Shown: piece after piece, positions 10,034-25,746 of the stretch | Position numbering within the stretch: position 1 is the stretch's first letter | How the letters are laid out: the number at the start of each line of letters is the position of its first letter | NCBI GenBank assembly: GCA_036689335.1 | Contig: CP144796.1 | Coordinates: 10,338-74,337 of the forward strand | DNA from: Candidatus Stammera capleta | Lineage (GTDB): Bacteria; Pseudomonadota; Gammaproteobacteria; Enterobacterales; Enterobacteriaceae | Length of the DNA: 64,000 nt | Direction of reading: 5' to 3' | The notes under the pieces: model-generated | What the model was told of the DNA's origin: nothing | Database searches by the model: none | Seen by the model: the letters and a program-made list of their open reading frames with translations, nothing else | Translations under genes and position numbers: made by a program

Positions 10034-10346
10034 TATTTTTTTTTATTGAATAAATTTTCACTTTTTGTAGTTTTTGTCTGTGACCTGCTATTTTTTTGTA
10101 ATGTTTTCTACGTTTAAATTTTAATATTTTAATTTTTTTATTTTTTATATTTTCAATTATTTTTCCTTTAATAATATAATTATTTATTTTTTTTTTGTTA
10201 GTAATTATTTTGTTTTTATAAAATATTAAAATAATATTTTTAAAAATAATTTTTTTATTTTCATGTTTATTTATTTTTTCTATTACAATATAACTACCAA
10301 TAGTAATTTTATATTGTTTACCACCTGTTTCTATTATAGCGTACAT
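10023..10346 (-). CDS. rplU: 50S ribosomal protein L21
   Basis: [14 protein letters not shown].. signature. Overlaps the rpmA start by 11 nt. Confidence 0.95.
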   Translation of the reverse strand: MYAIIETGGKQYKITIGSYIVIEKINKHENKKIIFKNIILIFYKNKIITNKKKINNYIIKGKIIENIKNKKIKILKFKRRKHYKKIAGHRQKLQKVKIYSIKKNNGT

Positions 10347-10571
10347 GTTTATTTATTTTACTATTTTAAATATAGATATTAAAATACTAATTTTTTTTTG
10401 TATTAATTTAACACTAAAGTAAAATGAATTTTATTTTTAAATATCAAATTTTTTTTTATATATATAAGTATATAATATATTTATAATAATAGTTTTTTAT
10501 AAATATATATATTTTAATATATTTATATTATTTAGTAAAATTTATTTAATCTAATAAATTGTAAGGAATAA

Positions 10572-11621
<1,050 letters not shown>

Positions 11622-11638
11622 TATAAAATATTTTTTTT

Positions 11639-12445
11639 ATGTTTTTTAAAAAAAAGAATAATGTTCCTTATTTTTTATTTTTTATAATATTTTGCTTTTT
11701 TTTGTTAATTTTTGATTTTTATTATCATATATCTAATAGAATACGTTTTTGTACAGATAAAATTATTTTTGGTTTTTATTTTATTTATGATAATTTAAAT
11801 TTATGAATAAATAATAAATTTTTTTTATTAAAAAATTTTAGAAAAATTAAATATGAGAATTTTTTTTTAAAAAAAAAAATTTTTTTCTTAAAAAAAAAAG
11901 TATTTTTTTTAAATATATTTAAAATAGAGAATAATTTTTTACGTAAGATATTACATTTTCCTTTATTAAAAAAAATAAGAGAAAAAATTAATTTTATTAA
12001 AATTTTTTTTTATCATACTAATAATATAGATGAATTAATAATTAATCATTTATTTAATAAGAATATTAAATATGGTAGTTTATTATTTAATGATATTAGT
12101 ATTGTTGGTAAAATAATTTATACTGGAAATAATTATAGTAAAATAGAATTGATTTGTAGTAAAAATAGTAGTTTACCTGTAATTATTTTAAGAAATAATA
12201 TAAATACTATTATTAATGGTTATAATTGTTTTAATGATATGAAAATAAATGATTTTTCTATTGATACAGATGTTCGTGTAGGAGATATAATTGTTTTACC
12301 TAATATAGATGGTTATATTTTTACTGGTTATCCTGTAGGAGTAGTAAAAAATATTATTTTAGATTTTAATAGAGGTAGTTTAATTGTAGATGTTAAATAT
12401 TTTTTAGAATTACAAAATTTAAATTTTGTTTTTGTATATAGTTAA
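11639..12445 (+). CDS. mreC: Rod shape-determining protein MreC
   Basis: Single 268-aa frame from ATG 11639 (one TGA=Trp) that includes track ORF 12149-12445. C-terminal ..GDIIVLPNIDGYIFTGYPVGVVKNI.. is MreC-like. Position is after mreB. Confidence 0.85.
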
Positions 12446-12486
12446 TATTTGTTATTTAAGAATATTTTAAATATTTTGGAATTATT

Positions 12487-12897
12487 ATGAATATTGAAAT
12501 TTCTGTATTAAATATAATATATATGTATATATTAATTTTAAATTTTTGAAATAAAAATTTTTTAATATTTATTTTTTTTTGAGGAATGTTATGTGATATT
12601 TTTTTAAATTTTTATTTAGGTAGAACAATATTAATATATTTTTTATCTACATATATAATATTTTATTTACACAAAAAAATAATTAATTTATTTATTTGAA
12701 GAATGTTTTTCTTTTTTACTATTTTTTCTTTTTTAGTTAGAATAATATCTTTTTTAATTGATGTTATAATTTTAAATATAAATTTTAATAATTTTATTTT
12801 AATAAATTCTTTTTTTGATGGTTTTATATGATTAGTAATTACAAATTTTTTATTTAGAAAAAAAATTTTTATAAATAATAATAAAAATGAATTTTAG
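12487..12897 (+). CDS. mreD: Rod shape-determining protein MreD
   Basis: 136-aa hydrophobic frame with 4 in-frame TGA, invisible in the standard-code track. ..WGMLCDIFLNFYLGRTILIYFLSTYII.. resembles the MreD G.L.D....LG core. Position is after mreC. TAG stop. Confidence 0.75.
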
Positions 12898-12906
12898 AGT
12901 GATGAG

Positions 12907-14355
12907 ATGAGTAATATAGTTTATGAAAGTATTTTGAGTAAAAATAATATTTCTGAATCTAATTTAATGGATTTAATTTCTAATTTGTATGTTAAAAATT
13001 TTAATTATGGAGATTTATTTTTTCAAAATTCTGTATTAGAATCTTTTTTTTTAGAGAATAAAATAATTAAAAATAGTTTTATAAATTTTAAAAATGGTGT
13101 TGGAGTTAGAATTATATCAGATAATAAAATTAGTTTTTCCTGTTCAGATAAAATAAATTTTAGATCTATATTGAATTTAATTAACAAAATTAAAAGTATA
13201 CATATTGATAAAAAAATAAATAAATGTATTAATTTATTGTTTAATTCTAAAAAAAAAAGTATATATAAAAAAAAATCTTTAATAAATTTTTCTTTAAATA
13301 AAAATAAAATTGATTTATTATTATACTTAGATAATTATATTAGAAAATCTAATCCTTATATAAATTATGTATCTATAAATTTAATTAACAGTTATGATTT
13401 AGTATTAATAGTTTCTACTGATAATGTTTTTGTTGGAGATATTAGACCTTTGACAAATTTATCTATTAAAATACAATTAGAAAAGAATAATTATCAAGAA
13501 ATTGGAATTGGTGGTGGTGGTGGAAGTTATTTTTATGATGATTTAATTAATAAATATTATGAAAATATTCCTATTGTAGAACATTGAGCTAATGAAACTA
13601 TTAGAATAGGTATAAATAATTTATATGCTGTTAATTCTCCTAGTGGAAATTTTCCTATTGTACTTGGTAGTGGTTGTCCTGGTGTTTTATTACATGAAGC
13701 AGTAGGTCATGGTTTAGAAGGAGATTTTATACGTAAAAAAATATCTATTTATACTAATTTAATAGGCAAAAAAGTTGCTTCTAATTTATGTACAGTAGTA
13801 GATGATGGTTCTATTAATGGTTTAAAAGGTTTTTTAAATGTTGATGATGAAGGTATTTCTGGTAAAAAAAATATACTTATTAAAAATGGTATTTTAAAAT
13901 CTTTTATGTTAGATAAATTTAATGCTAATTTAATGAAATTAAAATCTACTGGGAATGCAAGAAGAGAATCTTATGCATATTTACCTATTCCTAGAATGAC
14001 TAATACTTACTTAGTAAAAGGTAAAAATAATTTTTCTGATTTAATTAATAGTGTTGATTTTGGTATATATATAGTGAATTTATCTAGTGGTCAAGTAGAT
14101 ATTACTTCAGGAAAATTTGTTTTTACTGTTTTAGAAGGATATTTAATTAAAAAAGGAAAAATATCTAGTCCTATAAAAGGTTGTACTTTAATTGGTTCTG
14201 TAATAGAAATTATGAATAAAATTAGCATGATTTCTGATGATTTTAAGTTTGATAATGGTAGTGGTATTTGTGGAAAAGATAATCAAAATATTCCTGTTAG
14301 TGTAGGTCAACCTTCTTTAAAAATAGATTCTATGATTATAGGTGGAACAAATTAA
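12907..14355 (+). CDS. tldD: Metalloprotease TldD
   Basis: Two track ORFs in one frame, joined by TGA at 13585-13587. HEAVGHGLEGDF zinc motif. C-terminal ..GICGKDNQNIPVSVGQPSLKIDSMIIGG. Confidence 0.92.
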
Positions 14356-14389
14356 ATTATTAAATAATTTTTATAAATTTTAAATTAAT

Positions 14390-14779
14390 ATGTGATATAT
14401 AGTTGATGCAAAAAAAAAAATATTAGGTAGATTGGTTAGTAAAATAATACCAATATTAATTGGTAAAAATAAATCTAATTATTTACCTCATGTAGACAAT
14501 AGTGATTATATTATAATAATTAATGCTAGTAAAATATTAGTTACTGGAAATAAATTAAAAAATAAAAAATATTATTTTCATAGTGGTTATGTAGGAGGAA
14601 TTAAAGTTATTTCATTTATTGATATGTTAAAAAAATCTCCGGAATTTATTATTAGACATGCTGTTAAGGGCATGTTGCCTAAAAATGTTTTGTCTAGAAG
14701 AAAATTAAAAAAATTAAAAATATATTCTAATAGTGAATATAAAGAATATGCTCAAAAACCTGTATTAATTAATATTTAG
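14390..14779 (+). CDS. rplM: 50S ribosomal protein L13 (short N-terminus)
   Basis: ATG 14390 followed immediately by TGA (W): [19 protein letters not shown].. aligns with E. coli ..DWYVVDATGKTLGRLAT... The remainder is track ORF 14432-14779. Confidence 0.9.
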
Positions 14780-14790
14780 GAGTATGTACT

Positions 14791-15177
14791 ATGTACAGTA
14801 CTGGTAGACGTAAAACTTCTTCTGCTAGAATTTTTATGAAAAAAGGTAAAGGTAAATTTGTAATTAATGGATTTATTTTAAAAAAATATTTTAAAAATAA
14901 AATTAATCAATTAATTGTTCTTTTTCCTTTAAATATTATTCATGATTATGATTATATTAGTAAATTTAATTTTTATATAACAGTTAAAGGTGGTGGTATT
15001 TCTAGTCAATCAATGGCTATTAGACATGGGATTACAAGAGTTTTATTAAAATATAATAGTAGTTTACGTTCTATTTTTAAGAAATTGGGTTTAATAACTC
15101 GTGATTCTAGAGAAGTAGAAAGAAAAAAATATGGTTTTCGTAAATCTCGTTGTAGACCACAATTTTCTAAACGTTAA
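14791..15177 (+). CDS. rpsI: 30S ribosomal protein S9
   Basis: 128 aa, [11 protein letters not shown]...[11 protein letters not shown]-terminus. AGGAG Shine-Dalgarno upstream. Confidence 0.96.
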   Translation: MYSTGRRKTSSARIFMKKGKGKFVINGFILKKYFKNKINQLIVLFPLNIIHDYDYISKFNFYITVKGGGISSQSMAIRHGITRVLLKYNSSLRSIFKKLGLITRDSREVERKKYGFRKSRCRPQFSKR

Positions 15178-15193
15178 TTTATGTATATTTAAA

Positions 15194-17728
15194 ATGGTTC
15201 CTATTATTGATCAGTATTTAAAAATAAAAAAAAAATATCCTAAAATTTTATTATTTTATCAAATAGGTGATTTTTATGAACTTTTTTATGATGATGCTAA
15301 AAGAATAGCTTCTTTATTAAATATTACTTTGACTAAAAAAGTTTTTGTTAAACAAAAAGATGTTCCTATGGCTGGTATTCCTATTTGTTCTGTAGAATCA
15401 TATATTTATAAATTAATTTGTTTAGGTGAATCTATTGCTTTATGTAATCAAGTTTTAGAGTCTAAAAATACTGAAAGTAGTAAGTTAATTAAACGTAAAG
15501 TTATTCGTATAATAACTCCTGGTACTATTAGTGAGGAAAGATTTTTAAATGAATCAAAAGATAATTATATTGCTGCTATATATTCTAAAAACAATAAAGA
15601 AATTTTTGGTTATTCTTTTCTAGATATTTCGTCAGGTAGATTTTATATTTCAGAGATTTATGGTTTAGATAGGTTAAAAAACCAATTGTTATTTACTCAA
15701 CCTTCAGAAGTATTATGTTGTAAAAATTTTTTTTTTTTGAAAAGTATTAAATGATTAAAATATTTTAAATATGTTTCTAAAGATAAATTTAATTTTGAAA
15801 AAAATTATAATGTTTTATTAAATCATTTTAATATTATAGATTTTTCTTGTTTTGGTATAAAGAATAATAATTTGGGTATAAATTCTGCTGGTTGTATTTT
15901 AAGATATATAAAATCTACACAATTTGTTAATTTTTACCATATTAATAAATTGAAATTAATTAATGACTCTAAAATAATATTTATGGATTCTTTTACTATT
16001 CAAAATCTTGAATTGGTAAATTCTTTTTCTGGTAACAGAAAAAATACTCTTTTGTATGTTTTGGATAAAGTTATCACTCCTATGGGTAAAAGGATGTTGA
16101 AAAGGTGAATATTATTTCCTATTAGAGATATTAATGAAATATATTATCGACATAGTATTATGGATTTTTTTAAGATTAATTTTCAAAAAATTAGATTAGT
16201 TTTTAAAAATATAGGTGATTTAGAAAGAATTTTAGGAAGAATTTCTTTAAAAACCGTTAGTTCTAGAGATTTAATAAATTTTAAAAATTATTTAGTTTCA
16301 ATAATTGATTTTATATTTTTTTTAAAGAAAAAAAGTAATTTAAAGATAGTAAATTTTTTTATATTAAATAAAAATTTAATTAAAGATATTATTAATTTAA
16401 TTAATATTTCTATTTCTGATCCTAATGTAGATAATAAAAAAATTATAAATAAAGGATATAGTAGTAAATTAGATAATTTACGTTTTTTATTATTGAAAAA
16501 TAAAAATAAAATAAATTTTTTAGAAAATAAAGAAAGAAATAAAACAAAAATAAATAGTTTATTTTTTTCTTATAGTAAAACATATGGATATTATGTTCAA
16601 ATAAATAAACGTGATTCTTTATTAGTTCCTAATTATTACATAAAATGTAAATCTTTAAAAAATCATAATAGATATTTTATATCTAAGTTAAAATTATATG
16701 AAAATATTATATTAGTAATTAAAAAAAAAATTAATTTTTTAGAAAAAAATATTTTTAATGAAATTATTGAATTTATTTTAAATCATATTAATAAATTGTT
16801 TAAAATTTCTAATTATATAGCGAAATTAGATATACTTATGAATTTTTTAGATAGATCTTATGATTTAAATTATAAAAAACCTATTTTAACAACTGATAAT
16901 ATTTTAAAAATTATTAATGGTCGTCATCCTATAGTAGAAAATAATATTGAGGATAATTTTATATCTAATAGTTTATCTTTTGATAAAAAGAATAGATTTT
17001 TGATTATTACTGGTCCTAATATGGGTGGAAAAAGTACTTATATGAGACAAATTGCTTTAATATGTATTATTTCTTATATTGGTTGTTATGTTCCTGCTGA
17101 TAGTTCTATAATTGGACCTATAGATAAAATTTTAACTAGAATAGGTTTTTCTGATGATATATCTAATAACAAATCTACATTTATAGTTGAAATGAGTGAA
17201 GTTTCTAATATAATTAATAATTCCACTACTAATAGTTTAGTTTTAATTGATGAAATGGGTAGAGGTACTTCTTATTATGAGGGTTTATCTTTAGCTTGAT
17301 CATGTTTATTTTATATTATTAAAGTTATTAAACCAATGTTATTATTTTCTACACATTTTTATGAGTTAACTAAAATTGATAAATTTTTTGTTGGTGTTAA
17401 AAATATTTATTTTGATTATATTAGTAATAATAATAATTTAATATTATTATATAAAATTAAAAATGGAGTATCTTATAAAAGTTTAGGTTTTAATATTTTA
17501 AATAAAATAGGTATTCCTAAATCAATTTTAGATTTTTCGTTATTAGAGTTTAAAAATAAGGTTATTAGTTGTTTAAGTAAAAAATTTTTGATTAAAAATA
17601 ATTTTTGTTTTAATAAAAAACATTTTGTTATATTTGATATAATATTAAATATTAATTTTCATAATTTATCTGTAAATAAATTAATAAAAAAAATTAAAAA
17701 ATTACAATATTTATGTAATAAAATGTAG
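15194..17728 (+). CDS. mutS: DNA mismatch repair protein MutS
   Basis: 844-aa single frame. Four track ORFs are joined by TGA. IGDFYELFYDDAKRIA mismatch-binding motif, Walker A GPNMGGKSTYMRQ, DEMGRGTS and STHFYELT are present. Confidence 0.93.
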
Positions 17729-17756
17729 TTTATTCAATAATTTTGAGAAAATAATA

Positions 17757-18083
17757 ATGCGTCATTATGAAATTGTGTTAATGATTTATCCTAATAAAAG
17801 TTTATATGTATCAGATATAATTAAATATTATTCTAAAATTATAAATATTAGTAATGGTAAAATACATAGATTAGAAGATTGAGGATTACGATATTTATCT
17901 TATTCTATTAAAAAGTGTTATAAAGCACATTATATATTAATGAATATAGAGGTTAGTGTTTATTATATAAATAAATTAAAAATTGATTTTAAATTAAATA
18001 CTAATATATTAAGATATTTAATTATTAAAAAAAAAAAATCTATATCTACTGATTCTTATATGAAAATTAAAAATATGAACTAA
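17757..18083 (+). CDS. rpsF: 30S ribosomal protein S6
   Basis: MRHYEIVLMIYPN..IHRLEDWGLRYLSYSIKK..AHYILMNIE with one TGA=Trp at the conserved EDWG. Missed by the standard-code track. Confidence 0.93.
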
Positions 18084-18106
18084 TTATATAATTTAAAGGT
18101 TTTAAA

Positions 18107-18334
18107 ATGTTTAAATTTAATAAGAGAAAAAAATATTGTCCTTATAGAGGTAAAAAAAATCATGATATTGATTATAAAAATTTAGATTTATTAAAAAATT
18201 ATATTACAGAATGTAATAAAATAATTCCTAGTAGGATTACAGGTATTTCTATAAAATATCAAAGGTTAATATCTAAATCTATAAAACGTGCTAGATATTT
18301 ATCTTTATTAGCTTATACTGATTTGCATAAATAA
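18107..18334 (+). CDS. rpsR: 30S ribosomal protein S18
   Basis: 75 aa, ..[24 protein letters not shown]...KYQR.....[10 protein letters not shown]. Confidence 0.95.
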   Translation: MFKFNKRKKYCPYRGKKNHDIDYKNLDLLKNYITECNKIIPSRITGISIKYQRLISKSIKRARYLSLLAYTDLHK

Positions 18335-18348
18335 ATTTTGAGTTTTTT

Positions 18349-18801
18349 ATGGTTAAAATAATTTTATTAAATAAGACTATGTTAGGTAACGTAGGTAGTA
18401 TAGTAGATGTTAAATCTGGTTATGCAAGAAATTATTTAATTCCTTATAATAGAGCTATTTATGCTTCTAAAGATAATATTAATAAATTTAATGAAAAATT
18501 TTCTTTAATTTCTGAATTAAAAAAAAAAAGAAAAAATGAAATTAATAAGTTATATAAAAAAATTATTTTATTATCTCCTTTAATAATTAAATCTAAATGT
18601 AGTAAAAAAGGAAAATTATTTGGTTCTATAACTGCAGAAACTATATCAAAAATTATTTCTAAAAAAATTAATTTTAATATTTCTAGAAATTTTGTTATTT
18701 TACCTAATAGTTCTTTAAAATATTTATCTAAGTATAAAATTATTATTTCTTTATATAAAAAGAAAGAATTTGATTTTTTTATTGAGATTATTTCTGAATA
18801 A
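18349..18801 (+). CDS. rplI: 50S ribosomal protein L9
   Basis: 150 aa, M.IILL....LG..G.IV.VK.GYARNYLIP N-terminal signature. Follows rpsR. Confidence 0.93.
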   Translation: MVKIILLNKTMLGNVGSIVDVKSGYARNYLIPYNRAIYASKDNINKFNEKFSLISELKKKRKNEINKLYKKIILLSPLIIKSKCSKKGKLFGSITAETISKIISKKINFNISRNFVILPNSSLKYLSKYKIIISLYKKKEFDFFIEIISE

Positions 18802-18866
18802 TTTTTTTAAAAAACTTGTTTTATTTTTTTTTTCTTGTTATATTATATTTATGTAATTTTGAATTT

Positions 18867-18879
18867 TGTTCTTTTAAAA
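18867..18879 (+). promoter_or_regulatory. Possible boxA-like antitermination element in the rrn leader
   Basis: TGTTCTTTTAAAA resembles E. coli rrn boxA TGCTCTTTAACAA and lies between the putative promoter region and the 16S processing stem. This is a weak call in AT-rich DNA. Confidence 0.3.
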
Positions 18880-18887
18880 TTAAATAA

Positions 18888-18905
18888 TTTATATGAGCAT
18901 CTACA
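18888..18905 (+). promoter_or_regulatory. 5' arm of the 16S precursor processing stem (RNase III-type)
   Basis: TTTATATGAGCATCTACA is complementary over 18 bp (one G:U) to 20552-20569, which flanks the other side of the 16S. Confidence 0.8.
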
Positions 18906-18971
18906 TATTTTTACGTTATTAAAAGAATTTTAATTTTTAGTTTTTTAAAAATTAAAAAATAAGTTTTTTTT

Positions 18972-20534
<1,563 letters not shown>

Positions 20535-20551
20535 TTATAATAGTAGGAATT

Positions 20552-20569
20552 TGTAGGTGCTCATATAAA
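20552..20569 (+). promoter_or_regulatory. 3' arm of the 16S precursor processing stem
   Basis: TGTAGGTGCTCATATAAA pairs with 18888-18905. Confidence 0.8.
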
Positions 20570-20596
20570 TTATTTATTTAGATTTAAATAATTTTA

Positions 20597-20668
20597 GTCC
20601 TTTTCGTCTAGAGGTTAGGACATCGCTCTTTCACGGCGACAACAGGGGTTCGAATCCCCTAGAGGACG
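20597..20668 (+). tRNA. tRNA-Glu (anticodon UUC) in the 16S-23S spacer
   Basis: GTCCTTTTCGTCTAGAGG..CTTTCACGGCG..GGGGTTCGAATCCCCTAGAGGACG is near-identical to E. coli tRNA-Glu. No encoded CCA. Confidence 0.95.
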
Positions 20669-20709
20669 TTTCTTTAAAAATTGATTTTCGAAACATTTTT
20701 AAGTTGTGA

Positions 20710-23638
<2,929 letters not shown>

Positions 23639-23662
23639 CACAACTTAAAAATGTTTTAAAAT

Positions 23663-23782
23663 ATTCTGGCGGTAATAGCATGATTGTACCACCTGAATCC
23701 ATTCCGAACTCAGAAGTGAAAGGTCATAGCGCTGATGGTAGTGTAGGTTTTTCTTATGTGAGAGTAAGACACTGCCAGAATA
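23663..23782 (+). rRNA. rrf: 5S ribosomal RNA
   Basis: ..TCTGGCGGTAATAGC..CCACCTGAATCCATTCCGAACTCAGAAGTGAAA..GCGCTGATGGTAGTGT..GAGAGTAAGACACTGCCAGAAT aligns with E. coli 5S. Confidence 0.95.
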
Positions 23783-23788
23783 TTTTTT

Positions 23789-23862
23789 GGTGCGGTAGTT
23801 CAGTTGGTTAGAATACCAGCCTGTCACGCTGGGGGTCACGGGTTCGAGTCCCGTTCGTACCG
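23789..23862 (+). tRNA. tRNA-Asp (anticodon GUC)
   Basis: GGTGCGGTAGTTCAGTTGGTTAGAATACCAGCCTGTCACGCTGGGGGTCACGGGTTCGAGTCCCGT.. is near-identical to E. coli tRNA-Asp. It is distal to 5S, as in rrnC-type operons. Confidence 0.95.
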
Positions 23863-23898
23863 AATATTTTAATATTAAATCAGAAAATTTTTATATTT

Positions 23899-24477
23899 AT
23901 GTTTTTATGTAAAAGTAATTTAATTTGAATAGATTTAGAAATGACAGGTTTAAATCCTGATAAAGATAAAATATTAGAAATAGCTACTTTAGTTACAGAC
24001 AGTAATTTAAATATTCTTTCTGAGGGACCTAATATAGTTTTAGGTCAAAAAGATAAATATTTGAATAATATGGACGGTTGAAATTTAAAAGTTCATTCTT
24101 ATACTGGTTTAATTAATAAGGTTAAAAAAAGTTCTATTAATGAAATTGAAGCGGAATTTAGAATTATAAATTTTTTAAAAAATTGAGTACCTAAAGGTGT
24201 TTCTCCTATTTGCGGTAATACTGTAGGTCAAGATAGAAGATTTTTATTTAGATATATGCCTAATTTAGAATCTTATTTTCATTATAGGTATATAGATGTT
24301 AGTACTATAAAGGAATTAGTTAAAAGATGATTTATAGATGTCAAAGTATTTTTTAATAAAAAAAAATATCATAGTGCTATGTTAGATATTAAAAATTCTG
24401 TATGTGAATTATCGTATTATCGTAATAATTTTTTTAATTGTAATATTTGCGGAAATAGCTCAGTTGGTAGAGTATAA
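23899..24477 (+). CDS. orn: Oligoribonuclease Orn (3' end runs 29 nt into tRNA-Gly)
   Basis: [77 protein letters not shown] is collinear with E. coli Orn. 4 TGA=Trp. The first in-frame TAA is at 24475-24477. Confidence 0.92.
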
Positions 24478-24521
24478 CCTTGCCAAGGTTAGGGTCGCGA
24501 GTTCGAGTCTCGTTTTCCGCT
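24449..24521 (+). tRNA. tRNA-Gly (anticodon GCC)
   Basis: GCGGAAATAGCTCAGTTGGTAGAGTATAACCTTGCCAAGGTTAGGGTCGCGAGTTCGAGTCTCGTTTTCCGC is near-identical to E. coli glyV-type tRNA. orn-glyV synteny. Confidence 0.95.
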
Positions 24522-24875
24522 TATGCATAAATTTATAAATAGTATATTATTTTAAGTATTAATATTATTATTAGGTTATTAAGTTATTAGTTAATTAATT
24601 TAATTAAAAATTTTAAATTGTTTATTTTAGTATTAGTTTATTTAAATAGATAAATATTTTGTTTTTTATTATTTAAATTCTTGATTTATTTATGATATTT
24701 TATAATTAATTTATTAATATTATTTATATTAAGAGTTTTTTTTTGATAAAATAATTAAATAAATTTTATATTTTTTATTAAATTTATATTTTATCTTTAT
24801 TTATTTAGTGTACATAAATTAAGTTTAAATAAGATGTTTTTATAATTTTAGTAATATATTTTATATAGTATTTAA

Positions 24876-25745
24876 ATGTTCTATTTTTTTTTTATATTGT
24901 TTATTTTTTTGAAAAATATTTTTTTTGATTTTTTTGTAAAAAGTAAATCTAATTTTTTATTTTTACATAAAAATAATGTTTTTTTAAATAAAAAAAATGA
25001 GTTTTTAAATTTAAATGAAAAATTATTAAATTTAGAGAAAAAAAAAAGTAAATTTAAAGAAAGTAATATTAAAAATAAATGTAAATTTAATATAGTTATA
25101 GATCCTGGTCATGGTGGACATGATCCTGGAGCTATTGGACTTAATGGTTCAAGAGAGAAAGATATTACTTTATTAATATCAAAAAAATTATTTAATTTTT
25201 TAAGTTTAAATAAAAAATTTAATGTTTTTTTAATTAGATCTAAAGATAATTATGTTTCTCTTGAAAAACGTTTATATATAGCTAAAACCAAAAATGTAGA
25301 TTTATTTTTATCTATTCATGTTAATTCTATAAGAAATAATAAGTATATTAAAGGTGCTTCTATATGATTATTACCTATATTATCTAAATATAAATATATT
25401 AATAAAAGGGAGTATTTAGAATTTAATAAAAATAATAATTTTAAATTTAATTATTTATTATTTAATGATAAAAAAAAAAATGATCAATTAAATTTTAATT
25501 TAGCTTTAGAAATAATTAATAAATTTCGTAATGTTATATTTTTACATAAAAATTATTTACAATATGCTGATTTATTTGTATTATCTTTGTTTTATGTTCC
25601 TTCTATATTAATAGAAACAGGTTATATAAGTAATCCTATAGAAGAAAAAAAGTTAAATAATAAATTTTACCAATATAAATTGGCTAAATATATTTATTTA
25701 GGTGTAGAAAATTTTGTGAATAAAATTTGTTTATTAAAAAATTAA
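24876..25745 (+). CDS. amiB: N-acetylmuramoyl-L-alanine amidase (AmiB-like, catalytic domain only)
   Basis: ..IVIDPGHGGHDPGAIG.NGSREKDITL..DLFLSIHVNS...ILIETGYISNP... One TGA=Trp at 25365-25367. Position upstream of mutL as in E. coli. Confidence 0.88.
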
Positions 25746-25746
25746 A

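Noticed and set aside
24521-24530. A perfect 10-nt palindrome TTATGCATAA immediately after tRNA-Gly, considered as a possible terminator or protein-binding site.
   Set aside because: It is too short and too A/T-rich to form a stable hairpin. There is no flanking U-tract logic beyond the background composition. It is mentioned only within the non-coding-region finding.
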